A stretch of 64,000 nucleotides of DNA from Myxococcota bacterium. GTDB taxonomy: Bacteria > Myxococcota_A > Polyangia > HGW-17. Where the stretch lies: contig JAHJMN010000048.1 in assembly GCA_018821305.1 (NCBI GenBank), forward strand, positions 2,575-66,574. Reading direction: 5' to 3'. The translations under genes were made by a program, and so were the position numbers. Shown here in pieces: positions 10,949 to 21,417 of the stretch. Position 1 is the first letter of the stretch. Each line of letters starts with the position of its first letter. The notes under the pieces were generated by a model that saw only the letters and a list, made by a program, of their open reading frames with translations, did not search any database and was not told the origin of the DNA.

Positions 10949-11322
10949 TTTATCCTCCAGAAAGTTACGTTAAAGAAAAAACTATTTCTGACAAAAATGA
11001 AACTACCAGAGAAATATACGATTCACAGAAGTATTTGTTATGACAAAAAAATACGAAATGATTGAACCCAAATTTATCGGTTTTTTAATATCTATAACAA
11101 GACTCGATTGCACGTTGGTGACAATCTTCACATTTTTACAATTTTGAAAATAAAACAAATTTATAGAACTATCATTAAAGTGTCAGGATATGTCACGATT
11201 AGATAAAACATATGACAAATTTCAATAGAGAAGGCCTAAGTTGATCCTGAAATTTCCCATTTTTTAAATTTCAAATAAAAAACCAATAGGTCAACGAAGG
11301 ATTTTCACAAATCAGGAGAGGA

Positions 11323-11730
11323 TCATGGCGCTTCAATAAACTTATATTTTTTAAGGGCGGTTTCAGGGTCTTTCAGAAAAATGCGTTTACAGCCATTACA
11401 ACCGAAAACATAAAACTTTCCTTTATATTCTGAGTGTGGGCGTGATTTTGTATATTTAAAAGTCTCCCCTTTTATTGGACAACTCACCAGGGTTCCCTCC
11501 GGGGGAAGTGATTTAAAAACCGATGGATGCCACACATCGCCTGCTTTCATAGCCTCTGTGTGTTTTCCACAATGCTTAACATCTTCAACTTTTTCGGGAG
11601 TTTTCCCGTCGGTTTTTTTAGAAACATTTTCTTTTTTAGTATCAGTCTGTTTTTTATCAGTTTTTTCCGATTTATTACAGGATACTGCAAATAAAAACAT
11701 TACTAAGACAAATAAACTCTTTTTCTTCAT
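11323..11730 (-). CDS. YHS-domain lipoprotein
   Basis: Lipobox AVSC, Lys-rich linker, CPIKG...SEYKGKFYVFGCNGCKRIFLKDP. Confidence 0.8.
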   Translation of the reverse strand: MKKKSLFVLVMFLFAVSCNKSEKTDKKQTDTKKENVSKKTDGKTPEKVEDVKHCGKHTEAMKAGDVWHPSVFKSLPPEGTLVSCPIKGETFKYTKSRPHSEYKGKFYVFGCNGCKRIFLKDPETALKKYKFIEAP

Positions 11731-11740
11731 TTTGTTCCTT

Positions 11741-13756
11741 TCATTGTGGTGAAGCAGTCATGGCAGGGACTGTTCGCTGTGTGTTGCTGTTATCGCCCAG
11801 TTGACCAAATATATTATAACCCCAGCACCAGGCAAAACCGTCTGTATTTACAATGCAGGTATGAGTAGTACCACCTGTTATGGAAACCGTGGAAGTCATA
11901 CCAACACTTGCTACGGGCTCGTCAGAGTCTGAAGTACCACTGTTTCCAAGACGACCATTTGCTCCATTGCCCCAACACCAGGTCATTCCACCTGTTTCTA
12001 CGGCACAGGAATGGTTCGCGCCGGCGGTGATTGAAGCCAACCCAGTAAGGTTTTTTACTTGATGTGGCGTATCTCTTGTCAATGTATACCCATCGCCGAT
12101 TTGCCCACTGCTGCCTTCACCCCAGCACCACGCTGTAGCATCAGAAGCAATTGCGCAAACATGGTTTGAGCCAGATGCAATGTCTGAAAGTCCGGTTATT
12201 TGAGTAACTAAAGTAGGATAAAATGCTCCAACTGTTGAATCATTACCATATTGTCCACTGGCGTTGGTCCCCCAACACCACAGTGCCCCCCCAACAGTAA
12301 TCGCACAAGTATGATTTTGACCACACGCAACTTTGTTGATTCCAACAAGGTTAACGGCCTGAGCAGGAGTTGAACGATCGGTGTTGGAATTATCTCCAAG
12401 TTTGCCATTGGCATTGTCACCCCAGCAGAATACTGTATTGTCATTTTTAACAGCACAAGAATGTGTTTCTCCAGCACTGATATATCTAACATTACTGATA
12501 ACGGCGGGAAGGGGTACGAGAGAGTTGTTGTTATTACCGGTTCCGAGTCTGCCGTCAGCACCGTTGCCCCAGCACCATACTGTTCCATCGGTCCTGAGAG
12601 CACAAGTATGTTCATTTCCCGCGGCGACCATGGATGCGCTGTCGACACCAGAAACATGAACAGGAACATTACTGTCAGTTGTTGAGTTATTTCCAAGTTG
12701 ACCGGCATTGTTCCGACCCCAGCAGAAAACCTTTCCGCTTTGATCTACGGCACATGTGTGATACTGACCTGCACTTATTTGCTGAAGCTCGGAGCATCCG
12801 AGAGCATGACATTCTGTATCGCATCCACTGGGTGTACCGCCAAAATATCCGAAATCTCGACAGGTTCCTGTTCCCTGTGCAGTGCCATCGCAGTCCTCAT
12901 AAGCGGTCTGAACAAGATTGTCACCACATCTACCGCAACTTGCTTCGTTGAAAGTACAATTTTCCATACAGGTTGGAAGTCCGGGATAATATCCCATACT
13001 CTCACAGGTTGAAACACCGATATCTGTGCCATCGCAGTCTTCATAAGCAGATTGTTTCGTCCCATCTCCACATATACCGAAGCTCTCACAGTTTGTTGTA
13101 TTGAAAGAACAGTCACTGGCACAACTTAAAATACCATCATAATATCCGAGAGATGTACAGGATGCGTCACCAAGCAGCGCGCTATCACAATCCTCCCAGA
13201 TATCCTGAATTATATTATCTCCGCATCGACCGTTGGAGATACAAGAACTGATATCAAATCTGCAACTGTCTGTGCACCCGAGTCCATCGCCATGAAACCC
13301 CACGGTTTCACACGTGGCTCCGTTGAGATCGAGGCCTTCGCAATCTTCGTACTCCCACTGAATTGAACCGTCTCCACAATTTTCAGAGCCTTCGCACCCT
13401 GAAACATCAAACCGGCAATTCTCATCGCAACTGATGTTCCCGGAAGGATACCCCAGAGAAAGACATGTTGTACTGTTCAGGTCGGAACCTTCACATTCTT
13501 CATAATCCCCCTGAATTAATCCATCTCCACAATATCCGAATATTTCACAGGCACTTTCATCAAATTTACAGGATTCTGTACAGCCAAGATTTCCGCCATA
13601 AAACCCTCGTGACATACAACTGGACCCATTTAAATTGGTATCTTCACAGTCTTCACCGTTATCAAGCACACCATTCCCGCAATTATCCGGAGTGGATTTG
13701 TCAGGTGTACATGCAAGTGGAAGCAGAATAGAAAAAACTAAAACTGATAATTTCAT
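11741..13756 (-). CDS. Cys-rich repeat plus RCC1 beta-propeller lipoprotein
   Basis: Lipobox PLAC; six CG(N/D)...E(D/E)C(D/E) repeats; about seven RCC1 repeats (AGxxHTCA...WCWGxNxxGxLG). ATG at 13756 has a GAGG RBS; ORF track starts at 13768. Confidence 0.88.
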   Translation of the reverse strand: MKLSVLVFSILLPLACTPDKSTPDNCGNGVLDNGEDCEDTNLNGSSCMSRGFYGGNLGCTESCKFDESACEIFGYCGDGLIQGDYEECEGSDLNSTTCLSLGYPSGNISCDENCRFDVSGCEGSENCGDGSIQWEYEDCEGLDLNGATCETVGFHGDGLGCTDSCRFDISSCISNGRCGDNIIQDIWEDCDSALLGDASCTSLGYYDGILSCASDCSFNTTNCESFGICGDGTKQSAYEDCDGTDIGVSTCESMGYYPGLPTCMENCTFNEASCGRCGDNLVQTAYEDCDGTAQGTGTCRDFGYFGGTPSGCDTECHALGCSELQQISAGQYHTCAVDQSGKVFCWGRNNAGQLGNNSTTDSNVPVHVSGVDSASMVAAGNEHTCALRTDGTVWCWGNGADGRLGTGNNNNSLVPLPAVISNVRYISAGETHSCAVKNDNTVFCWGDNANGKLGDNSNTDRSTPAQAVNLVGINKVACGQNHTCAITVGGALWCWGTNASGQYGNDSTVGAFYPTLVTQITGLSDIASGSNHVCAIASDATAWCWGEGSSGQIGDGYTLTRDTPHQVKNLTGLASITAGANHSCAVETGGMTWCWGNGANGRLGNSGTSDSDEPVASVGMTSTVSITGGTTHTCIVNTDGFAWCWGYNIFGQLGDNSNTQRTVPAMTASPQ

Positions 13757-13862
13757 GATGTTCCTCAATCAGACCGATTTCGAGTTAGACCATAAGTTGT
13801 AAAGCATTCTGGAAAAACTCAGTAAACGTCTTGTCCGTAGTAATCAAAATACTTTATTAAGT

Positions 13863-14070
13863 TAGTTCGTGTCCTGAAATTCCCTTCACGAAGGAATTTA
13901 TTAAAATTTCAAACGAGCCACTACAAAAAATTCAGCACCTTGCGGTTACTGACTAAAACGTATTTCCGCAGGAAATCGTCAAAGACTCTCACTGTTTTCG
14001 CAGAAACCATGGAGAGTCCTGTGCAAAAAATCGACTAAAAATTTGAAAAAACGTATTTCAGGACAGTAAC
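13863..14070. repeat. composite palindromic element (B module, linker, extended A module)
   Basis: TAGTTCGTGTCCTGAAAT...GAGCCACTA (13863-13923), linker CAAAAAATTCAGCACCTTGCG, GTTACTG...ATTTCAGGACAGTAAC (13945-14070); same layout at 41515-41668 and 42602-42744. Confidence 0.85.
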
Positions 14071-14090
14071 AAATTAAAACAAATAAAAAA

Positions 14091-16121
14091 TTAACTGCGA
14101 TTATACAAAACTGATTTAACTTTATGTATAAGTTGGTTCATAGTAAATGGTTTCTGAATAAAGTTTGCTCCTTCAAGAAGAATACCCTTCTCTGAAACAA
14201 TAATATTATTATGTCCCGACATATAAATAACCTGAAGTTGTGGATTAATTGCAAGTAGTTCATCACTTAGAATCTTTCCATCTATTCTAGGCATTATGAC
14301 ATCAGTTAACAGTAAATCAATTTCATTTCCAATATCGTGGAATACGTTAAGTGCGTCTTCAGGATCCTGAAACGGAAATACAGTGAACCCTTTCCTGCGT
14401 AATATCCTTGTTACAGCACCAAGAACCATACTTTCATCTTCAACTACAAATATTTTAAATGCTTTGGAATTTATAAGCATTAGCTCTTTTGTGCTTGGAA
14501 GAGGAGTTGAAACCTGAACTGCGGTCTGAAAATAAACTCTTACAGTTGTTCCAATTCCTTGTGTAGAGTCAATGCGAATGAATCCGTTATTCTGCCGAGC
14601 TATTCCGAATACTGTACTTAACCCTAAACCGCTGGAATTAGTTTTTGTAGTAAAAAAGGGCTCAAAGACAGAATTCAGGATGTCAGGTTCAATGCCTGTA
14701 CCCGTATCTGTAATCTGTAATAGCGCAAATTCATTGCGGTCATGGGGAAGATGAATTGGTATTTCGTGTTCCTCGACAAGAGCCATACCGGTACTTACGG
14801 CTATTGTGCCTGAATCTGTGATTGCCTCTCTGGCATTGATTACTAAATTAGTAATAATCTGTTCAAGTTGCAATTCATCAATAAATATGTCTTTTATCTT
14901 TTCATCAAGTTCGATTTTAAGGTTTATATTCTCTCCACACAGAGATCTCAGTAAATCACTGCTTTTATGAATTAATTCATTAAGATTTACTGAACGGGGA
15001 CTAATTATCTGCTTAGTGGAAAATGCCATCAGTTTGCTGATGAGTGAACTTCCACGGTGTGCACTTTGTTTGATATCTTCGAGTTCCTCGAAAAGTCGGC
15101 GGTTTGAAGAAATTTTCTCCTGAATAAGTTCGATCCCGCTGATTATAATCGTCAGAATATTGAAGAAATCGTGGGCGACTCCTTTCGCAACTCGGGCAAC
15201 AGCATCCATTTTTTGAACATCGAAAAGTTGGGCTTCCACTTTTAATTCATTATTTTTTGCCTCAAACCTGGAGGACATATCAAGGAGAATTCCGCGGATG
15301 CCTTTAATTTGTCCGTTTTCAACAATAAGACTGCTGTAAACAGTTACCGGGAAACGTACGCCTGACTTTTTAATGGCAATATAGTCGTGCTCTGATGCTT
15401 CCATTCCCATTTCAATTCTTTTAATATTCGATGCTGCTTTTTCCTGTTCTTCGGGAGCGATAACATCCAGAACATGTACGCCTTTCCTTAAATCATCCAA
15501 AGCATATTCAAAAGTACGCTCGGCTGCCTCATTGCAGAATGTAAAATATCCATTCTGATCCGTTTCAAAAACTGTTTGAGGAATCAGATCTGCAAAATGG
15601 CGAAAACTCATGTTTGTGGATTCAATTTTGCGTTTGTACATTTCGAGATCAGAAACATCCACGAGAATTATCCGAAAACCGGAAAAAGTTCCATTTTTGA
15701 AGTGAGCTTTTGAGGATATTACAACGTTAGCCCAGGAACCATCACCTCTTTTTATTCTGTACTCCTGAGGTGTAAACTGCCTTCCGTTTTTAATATCTTC
15801 AATTTGTTGGCCAATTATTGGTTTATCCTCATTGGAAAATAAATCCATCCCATAAAGACCTTTTTCCAGATGAGTCTGTGAATACCCGAAAAGTTCAAGC
15901 CCCCCCTCACTTACTTCTAGAATTCTTGTGGTAGGAGCTAACTCACAAATTACAATTGGTAGCATTCTCATTGCCTGAGATAGATTTTCCCTGCAATTTC
16001 GTGACTTATCCAGTTGAATTTTCATTTCTTCGAGTTCTTTTTCGAGGGAATCTATTTTATTAAGCAATTCGGAAGTTTCATTCATGTCCAATTTTCCCGC
16101 AAGGCCGGAGTGTCCCGGCAA
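14091..16121 (-). CDS. PAS-PAS hybrid sensor histidine kinase with receiver domain
   Basis: Two PAS/PAC domains; H-box VAHDFFNIL; NLVINAREA, DTGTGI, FEPFFTTK, GLGLS; receiver LLTDVIMP...KPF. True start probably ATG 16085. Confidence 0.93.
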   Translation of the reverse strand: MPGHSGLAGKLDMNETSELLNKIDSLEKELEEMKIQLDKSRNCRENLSQAMRMLPIVICELAPTTRILEVSEGGLELFGYSQTHLEKGLYGMDLFSNEDKPIIGQQIEDIKNGRQFTPQEYRIKRGDGSWANVVISSKAHFKNGTFSGFRIILVDVSDLEMYKRKIESTNMSFRHFADLIPQTVFETDQNGYFTFCNEAAERTFEYALDDLRKGVHVLDVIAPEEQEKAASNIKRIEMGMEASEHDYIAIKKSGVRFPVTVYSSLIVENGQIKGIRGILLDMSSRFEAKNNELKVEAQLFDVQKMDAVARVAKGVAHDFFNILTIIISGIELIQEKISSNRRLFEELEDIKQSAHRGSSLISKLMAFSTKQIISPRSVNLNELIHKSSDLLRSLCGENINLKIELDEKIKDIFIDELQLEQIITNLVINAREAITDSGTIAVSTGMALVEEHEIPIHLPHDRNEFALLQITDTGTGIEPDILNSVFEPFFTTKTNSSGLGLSTVFGIARQNNGFIRIDSTQGIGTTVRVYFQTAVQVSTPLPSTKELMLINSKAFKIFVVEDESMVLGAVTRILRRKGFTVFPFQDPEDALNVFHDIGNEIDLLLTDVIMPRIDGKILSDELLAINPQLQVIYMSGHNNIIVSEKGILLEGANFIQKPFTMNQLIHKVKSVLYNRS

Positions 16122-16156
16122 TCATATATAATATACAAATTGTCTAAAATTGAAAT

Positions 16157-16213
16157 ACTTCGTGTCCGGAAATTAACTGACCTCGGAATTTTATTGAAAT
16201 CCGGACCGGTTAC
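16157..16213. repeat. palindromic repeat-family member (CCGG variant)
   Basis: TTCGTGTCCGGAAAT...ATCCGGAC resembles the TTCGTGTCCTGAAAT...CAGGAC family. Confidence 0.6.
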
Positions 16214-16382
16214 AGAGTAAAAAATGAGATAAGTACTCGTTTTAAAGAAAGACTGAAGGAATGAGCACATCTGTGGCATTCCGCTAGCCTTCTTGATTAT
16301 TCCCTGCGTTCCTGATTATTTTTTACAGGCTAGCAGGGCGTAAACATTCAATTTCAATACTGAAATTGCGTGCTTGTTCCTG

Positions 16383-18122
16383 TTATTGATTCCCTGTGTT
16401 TATGATTTTTTTGACTTCATTCATCTTTTTCTTATCTACAGCGGATTGATGCTGCATTAGCTTAAGCTCTCTTTCGGCAACCCCTCCCCACTTACCTCCT
16501 GCCAGCATAGCTTCTTCCAGAGTAAGAATATTATTGATAGTATCCCCCATCAGTTGATATTTGCGGCTTAGCTCCACAAGAAAGTAACTTCCGGGATTTT
16601 TAACTTTTTCCATAAATTCCACAGATTTCTCAATTCGATCAGATTTGTCCAGGAGTTTCACAGCCCGAAGAATCGTTTTTTCAAGTTTTTTCCCAACATT
16701 TATGAGGTCCAGAATAGTTTTAAGAAGTGTCTCCATCGCATCTGGATTTGATGTTTTTTCGATTATTTCTACGTAACGATGGGATAGGTCGTCAACACGG
16801 GATTTCCACCAAATCCGACTGAGTGCTGTTGATAAAGCTGTTGCCGCCGCAGTGACACGATTTTTACCCAAAAGAATTTTAGCGAATATTTCCCATACTT
16901 CCCATTCTCTAGGTGCATCATTTCCTTTATTTTCAAGATAAAAGCGAGCAGTTGCTTCAGACTTGAAAAGATTTCCTGCAGCGAAAAAGGCCTTTGTGAG
17001 CATATAATAGAGTTTTTCCGCATGAACATCATTTTTACGCCAGTTTCCATGAGTTCTGATTTCTTCCTGCAGCAAACTGACTGCTTTACTGAACTGTTCC
17101 ATCTCGTAAAATGAGTGTGAGCATTTTAAAATCATTTCTCTACGTTGAGGATGAAGTTTAAGTAATCCCTCGTTATGACTACAAAAAAGACTGAGAGGGG
17201 CATACTTGCGTGCAGCGTGATTCAACCTTACTGTTCGTGTTGCCAGATTCTGTCGATAAAGAGTCGCTACGGGATCCGTTACTGGAATCAAAAGGCGCAA
17301 CGCATCTTTCGCCTTCTCATTCATCTGCATAGTAATTGCAAATTCAATGCGAGCCATATCCTGGACATTTTGGGGTTTCAGGGCACTTAACTGTGCTTCA
17401 ATAGTCCCGGTTTCCGGCTTAAAGTTTTCGAGCAGCATGGTTATTGCGTACAGTCTGGCTTTACTCAAAGCAGAAAAATAAAAATTGCCAAAGCGTTTTA
17501 TTACTCCACTATATGATCGTTTAGCCGTTGCTATGCGACCGAGTATCAGATTAACATCACCTAGAAGTAAGTCTCTTAAACCATTTCCATGACCTATTGA
17601 TAGAGCCTGAAGCGTACTCAAAGCCTCTTCATAACTACCAATTTCTATCAACTGCCGTATTTCTGGATATGGTTTCATTTTTAGTTCCGGAATCTCAACC
17701 ATGGGACGCTTGAGGGAATCACGGATATAATTTTTCAGTCTTTGTTCTTTACGGATTACTCCAAACTCAAGGGAAAGTTCCGGCCCGTTAAGTCGCTCTG
17801 TGACTTCAGTATCGGGCCTGGTGAAAATAAAATTTACTCGTGTGAGAGGACCCATTTCGGGTATTATTTCCATATACCCCATAGATTCAGGGAACTCATC
17901 AAGAAAGATAGATTCCTCAGGTTTACCGGTAATCAGAAGTGTAAACATTCTGCCACTGGTATCTTTTCTTGAAATGTATCTTCTGCCGGCAACTACAATT
18001 CCCATGCGTGAAATTTGCTCGTATTTGTCAAAACGACCATTTTTTGCCCCCTGCCCTGAACCAGCGGGCAGATTCTGTAATTGAAAATAAGACGAAATAA
18101 AAAGCAGAATATGAAAAAACAT
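16383..18122 (-). CDS. secreted TPR-like repeat protein
   Basis: N-terminal hydrophobic segment; helical repeats with TPR-like A/G/Y spacing (e.g. LLLGDVNLILGRIATAKRSY). Confidence 0.65.
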   Translation of the reverse strand: MFFHILLFISSYFQLQNLPAGSGQGAKNGRFDKYEQISRMGIVVAGRRYISRKDTSGRMFTLLITGKPEESIFLDEFPESMGYMEIIPEMGPLTRVNFIFTRPDTEVTERLNGPELSLEFGVIRKEQRLKNYIRDSLKRPMVEIPELKMKPYPEIRQLIEIGSYEEALSTLQALSIGHGNGLRDLLLGDVNLILGRIATAKRSYSGVIKRFGNFYFSALSKARLYAITMLLENFKPETGTIEAQLSALKPQNVQDMARIEFAITMQMNEKAKDALRLLIPVTDPVATLYRQNLATRTVRLNHAARKYAPLSLFCSHNEGLLKLHPQRREMILKCSHSFYEMEQFSKAVSLLQEEIRTHGNWRKNDVHAEKLYYMLTKAFFAAGNLFKSEATARFYLENKGNDAPREWEVWEIFAKILLGKNRVTAAATALSTALSRIWWKSRVDDLSHRYVEIIEKTSNPDAMETLLKTILDLINVGKKLEKTILRAVKLLDKSDRIEKSVEFMEKVKNPGSYFLVELSRKYQLMGDTINNILTLEEAMLAGGKWGGVAERELKLMQHQSAVDKKKMNEVKKIINTGNQ

Positions 18123-18150
18123 ATATAAACCTCTGTACTCTATGAAAGAT

Positions 18151-18177
18151 TATTCGGTAAATTCACTGGAATTTTTA
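18151..18177 (-). promoter_or_regulatory. candidate sigma28 (FliA/WhiG-type) promoter of the TPR gene
   Basis: Minus strand TAAA-N15-ACCGAATA versus consensus TAAA-N15-GCCGATAA, 28 nt upstream of the ATG at 18122. Confidence 0.45.
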
Positions 18178-18292
18178 ACTTAAGATCAATTTCCTTTTTT
18201 TTTGGTCCATTAACATCTGTAATATCCATTACTTGAATATCAGTATTGACTTTATGGCAGCAATACTTTATTTGGCGGCTGGGAGGTTCCCA

Positions 18293-21262
18293 ATGCCAGT
18301 CAGAATAGAAACCGGATTAAAAAATCATATAATTGATCCCGCAGGTCACAAATGGATGAGCAGGCTTGAGAAACAATTTCCTCGCCCCGTCGAAGATATC
18401 AGAGTCCTTAGAACTTACATTATTGACGACGATATTCCTATTGAAATACTTGATTTATTTTGCAAAAGTGCACTTTGTGATCCAATTACCAGTGAATACT
18501 GTATCAATGGGCATATCTCATCTGATTTCGACTTTTTGGTTGAAGTTGATTTTAAGCCAGGAGTCACTGACAATGAAGGGCGAACTGCAACGGAAGCCCT
18601 GGCCATACTAATGAATATTGGAATCAATGAATGTCCCCATGTCTATTCCGGGTATCAGTATAGAATTAAAGGAAATCTTGATATCTCTGACATTCACTCC
18701 CTTGCGGTGGAATTTTTTGCAAACACATTGATTCAAAGAATAAGAATAGCCTCAAGGGATGAATTTAAAAACAGTAAATCCCTTACAGCTAATCCTCCCG
18801 TGGTAAATTTGAACCACACTCCGGTACTGGCGCCCATTGATCTTGATGTATCTGATGAACAACTCGCCTGGCTTTCCAGAAAAAACGTATGGGCGTTGAG
18901 TGTAAATGAGTTGACACTGATAAGGGAGCATTTTCAACGACCTGATATCATCGAAGTTCGTCAATCTCTTGGACTTCCAGAACATCCCCTTGATATTGAA
19001 ATAGAATGCCTTGCCCAGACATGGTCAGAACACTGCAAACATAAGATATTTAATGCAATTATTGAATATACTGAAGATGGTAAAAAGGACACAATTAATA
19101 GCGTCTTTAAAACTTTCATACGTGGTGCAACGGAAGCTGCCAGGAAAAATCTTGGAGAAAATGATTTCTGTTTGAGTGTCTTTAAAGATAATGCCGGCGT
19201 AATCAAATTTAACGAAGATTATGGCCTCGTTTTCAAAGTTGAGACTCACAACAGTCCATCTGCACTTGATCCTTACGGCGGAGCACTTACGGGGATTGTC
19301 GGAGTCAACCGTGATCCCTTTGGAACAGGCATGGGTGGAGAGCTGCTTTTCAACACAAATGTGTTCTGCCTCGCAAATCCATTCATGACTGAAGAAGTGC
19401 CAGCGGGACTTTTGCACCCCATGCGAATTCTCGAAGGCGTTAGAGAAGGTGTCGAACATGGTGGAAATCAGTCTGGAATCCCAACGGTGAATGGTTCCGT
19501 TGTTTTTGATGACCGATATATGGGAAAACCACTCGTATACTGTGGAACTGGCGGAATTGTTCCCATAAAACTCCATGGTCGCGATGGATTTGAAAAATAT
19601 CCGGAAAAAGGTCACTTGATAGTCATGTGCGGGGGGCGAGTGGGAATGGATGGAATCCACGGTGCAACCTTTTCATCGGAGGAATTACACGAAGAAAGCC
19701 CTTCCAGTGCCGTTCAGATAGGGGATCCCATCACCCAAAAAAGAATGTTTGATTTTCTTATTCGCGCTAGAGATTCTGGACTTTATTCAGGAATAACTGA
19801 TAACGGCGCTGGTGGTCTATCCTCCAGTGTAGGAGAAATGGCTCAGTTTACAGGAGGTGCCACCATTGACTTGGCACTGGTACCTTTGAAATATGAAGGA
19901 CTGGATCCCTGGGAGATTCTTGTAAGTGAAAGTCAGGAGCGCATGACAGTTGCCGTTCCTCAGGAAAAAATTGATGCATTTCTTAAATTATCTGAATCCA
20001 TGTCCGTTGAATCTACAGTCATCGGCGAATTTACATCAAATGGCTTTCTTGAGTTTTATTACGATGAAAAAGTCGCTGGTCTTTTAGAAATGGATTTTCT
20101 TCACGATGGGCTGCCTCCGATGCGTCTAACGGCAGAGTGGACCACGCCCACGAGGGAAGTCGGTGATTTCTCAAGCATTCCTCCTCATGGTGAAGTCCTT
20201 CATCGACTGCTTAGAAGACTCAACATAGCATCAAAAGAATACTGGGTACGGCAATATGACCATGAGGTAAAAGGCACAAGTGTAATAAAGCCCCTCATGG
20301 GAATTAAAAATGACGGGCCTTCCGATGCCGCTGTAATCAGACCCTTTTTAAGCAGTATGGAAGCTGTATGCATATCAAATGGAATAATTCCTCGATACAG
20401 CGATATTGATGCATGGGATATGACATTGAATTCCTTTGATGAAGCAGTGCGCAATGCTGTCAGCGTTGGAGGCAATCCTGACACTTTTGCTGCACTGGAT
20501 AACTTCTGCTGGCCGGATCCACTTCCTGGAGCGGATAATCATAAAGCCAAACTTGGGTCCCTTGTTCGCAGTGGCAAAGCTCTTCTGGAAATCTGCTCAT
20601 CGTGGGCAATCCCGCTTATAAGCGGAAAAGACAGCATGAAAAATGATGCGAGAGTGGATAACAGAGTAATTTCCGTTCCCCCTACTCTATTGATTTCTAT
20701 TGTCGGAAAACTCAGAGCTGATCAGGCTATCTCCATGGATTTTAAATCTCCTGATGACCAGATTTATATTATTGGTGTGACTAAACCCGAGCATGGACAA
20801 TCGGAATTTTCTCTGGAGTTCAATACAAAGGATACGAGAATCCCGCGTGTTAATACTAAAGAATTCATTAAATATTACCGTCAACTCCACCGTGCGATAG
20901 TTGCAGGAACAGTGAAAAGCTGTCATGACATTTCTGATGGTGGCCTTGCGGTAGCAATTGCAGAAAAAGCTATTGCAGGTCGATGTGGATGCGAAATAGA
21001 TATAGTTTCTGTACCCCGAATTGACCAACTTTCCCCAATTGATGCACTATACAGCGAAACACCGGGGCGATTTATAGTTACTGTTTGTACTGAAAAATCA
21101 AAAGAATTTGAGCAATTTTTTGAGGATAAAACAATTCTGTCCTGTGTCGGTAAAGTTACGGATTCAAGTAAATTAATTATTAATTCCGGGAAATCCTGTC
21201 TTGTGCAGGAAGGAATCGACGACCTTTATAACAGTTGGCATAAGCCTCTTGATATAAAATAA
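18293..21262 (+). CDS. purL: phosphoribosylformylglycinamidine synthase, synthetase subunit (long form with PurS-like N-terminus)
   Basis: QTWSEHCKHKIF, FKVETHNSPS, GIHGATFSS, DNGAGG, SESQERM, QYDHEV, SGKDSM, HDISDGG. ATG 18293 follows GGGAGG. Confidence 0.96.
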   Translation: MPVRIETGLKNHIIDPAGHKWMSRLEKQFPRPVEDIRVLRTYIIDDDIPIEILDLFCKSALCDPITSEYCINGHISSDFDFLVEVDFKPGVTDNEGRTATEALAILMNIGINECPHVYSGYQYRIKGNLDISDIHSLAVEFFANTLIQRIRIASRDEFKNSKSLTANPPVVNLNHTPVLAPIDLDVSDEQLAWLSRKNVWALSVNELTLIREHFQRPDIIEVRQSLGLPEHPLDIEIECLAQTWSEHCKHKIFNAIIEYTEDGKKDTINSVFKTFIRGATEAARKNLGENDFCLSVFKDNAGVIKFNEDYGLVFKVETHNSPSALDPYGGALTGIVGVNRDPFGTGMGGELLFNTNVFCLANPFMTEEVPAGLLHPMRILEGVREGVEHGGNQSGIPTVNGSVVFDDRYMGKPLVYCGTGGIVPIKLHGRDGFEKYPEKGHLIVMCGGRVGMDGIHGATFSSEELHEESPSSAVQIGDPITQKRMFDFLIRARDSGLYSGITDNGAGGLSSSVGEMAQFTGGATIDLALVPLKYEGLDPWEILVSESQERMTVAVPQEKIDAFLKLSESMSVESTVIGEFTSNGFLEFYYDEKVAGLLEMDFLHDGLPPMRLTAEWTTPTREVGDFSSIPPHGEVLHRLLRRLNIASKEYWVRQYDHEVKGTSVIKPLMGIKNDGPSDAAVIRPFLSSMEAVCISNGIIPRYSDIDAWDMTLNSFDEAVRNAVSVGGNPDTFAALDNFCWPDPLPGADNHKAKLGSLVRSGKALLEICSSWAIPLISGKDSMKNDARVDNRVISVPPTLLISIVGKLRADQAISMDFKSPDDQIYIIGVTKPEHGQSEFSLEFNTKDTRIPRVNTKEFIKYYRQLHRAIVAGTVKSCHDISDGGLAVAIAEKAIAGRCGCEIDIVSVPRIDQLSPIDALYSETPGRFIVTVCTEKSKEFEQFFEDKTILSCVGKVTDSSKLIINSGKSCLVQEGIDDLYNSWHKPLDIK

Positions 21263-21277
21263 TGGTCAAAATATTAA

Positions 21278-21338
21278 TAGTGGCCTGATAGGATTTTTAA
21301 TAAAATCCTTCGCGAAGCGAATTAAAGGACACGAACTG
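21278..21338. repeat. B-module palindromic repeat between purL and purQ
   Basis: TAGTGGCCTG...AGGATTTT-TAAT-AAAATCCT-TCGCGAAGCGA...AGGACACGAACT. Confidence 0.85.
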
Positions 21339-21417
21339 GTTAACGTACAATATTTTCGCTTATGCTTCCATTTCGCCTGGCGAGATTGGACGAAGTATTT
21401 TCGGAAATGGAGATATC

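Noticed and set aside
11108-11124. Sigma54 promoter for the radical SAM gene (TGTCAC-N4-GTGCA)
   Set aside because: Lacks the invariant GG at -24.
16257-16381. 6S RNA call
   Set aside because: Too short, and branched rather than a rod with a central bubble; kept only as an unassigned structure.
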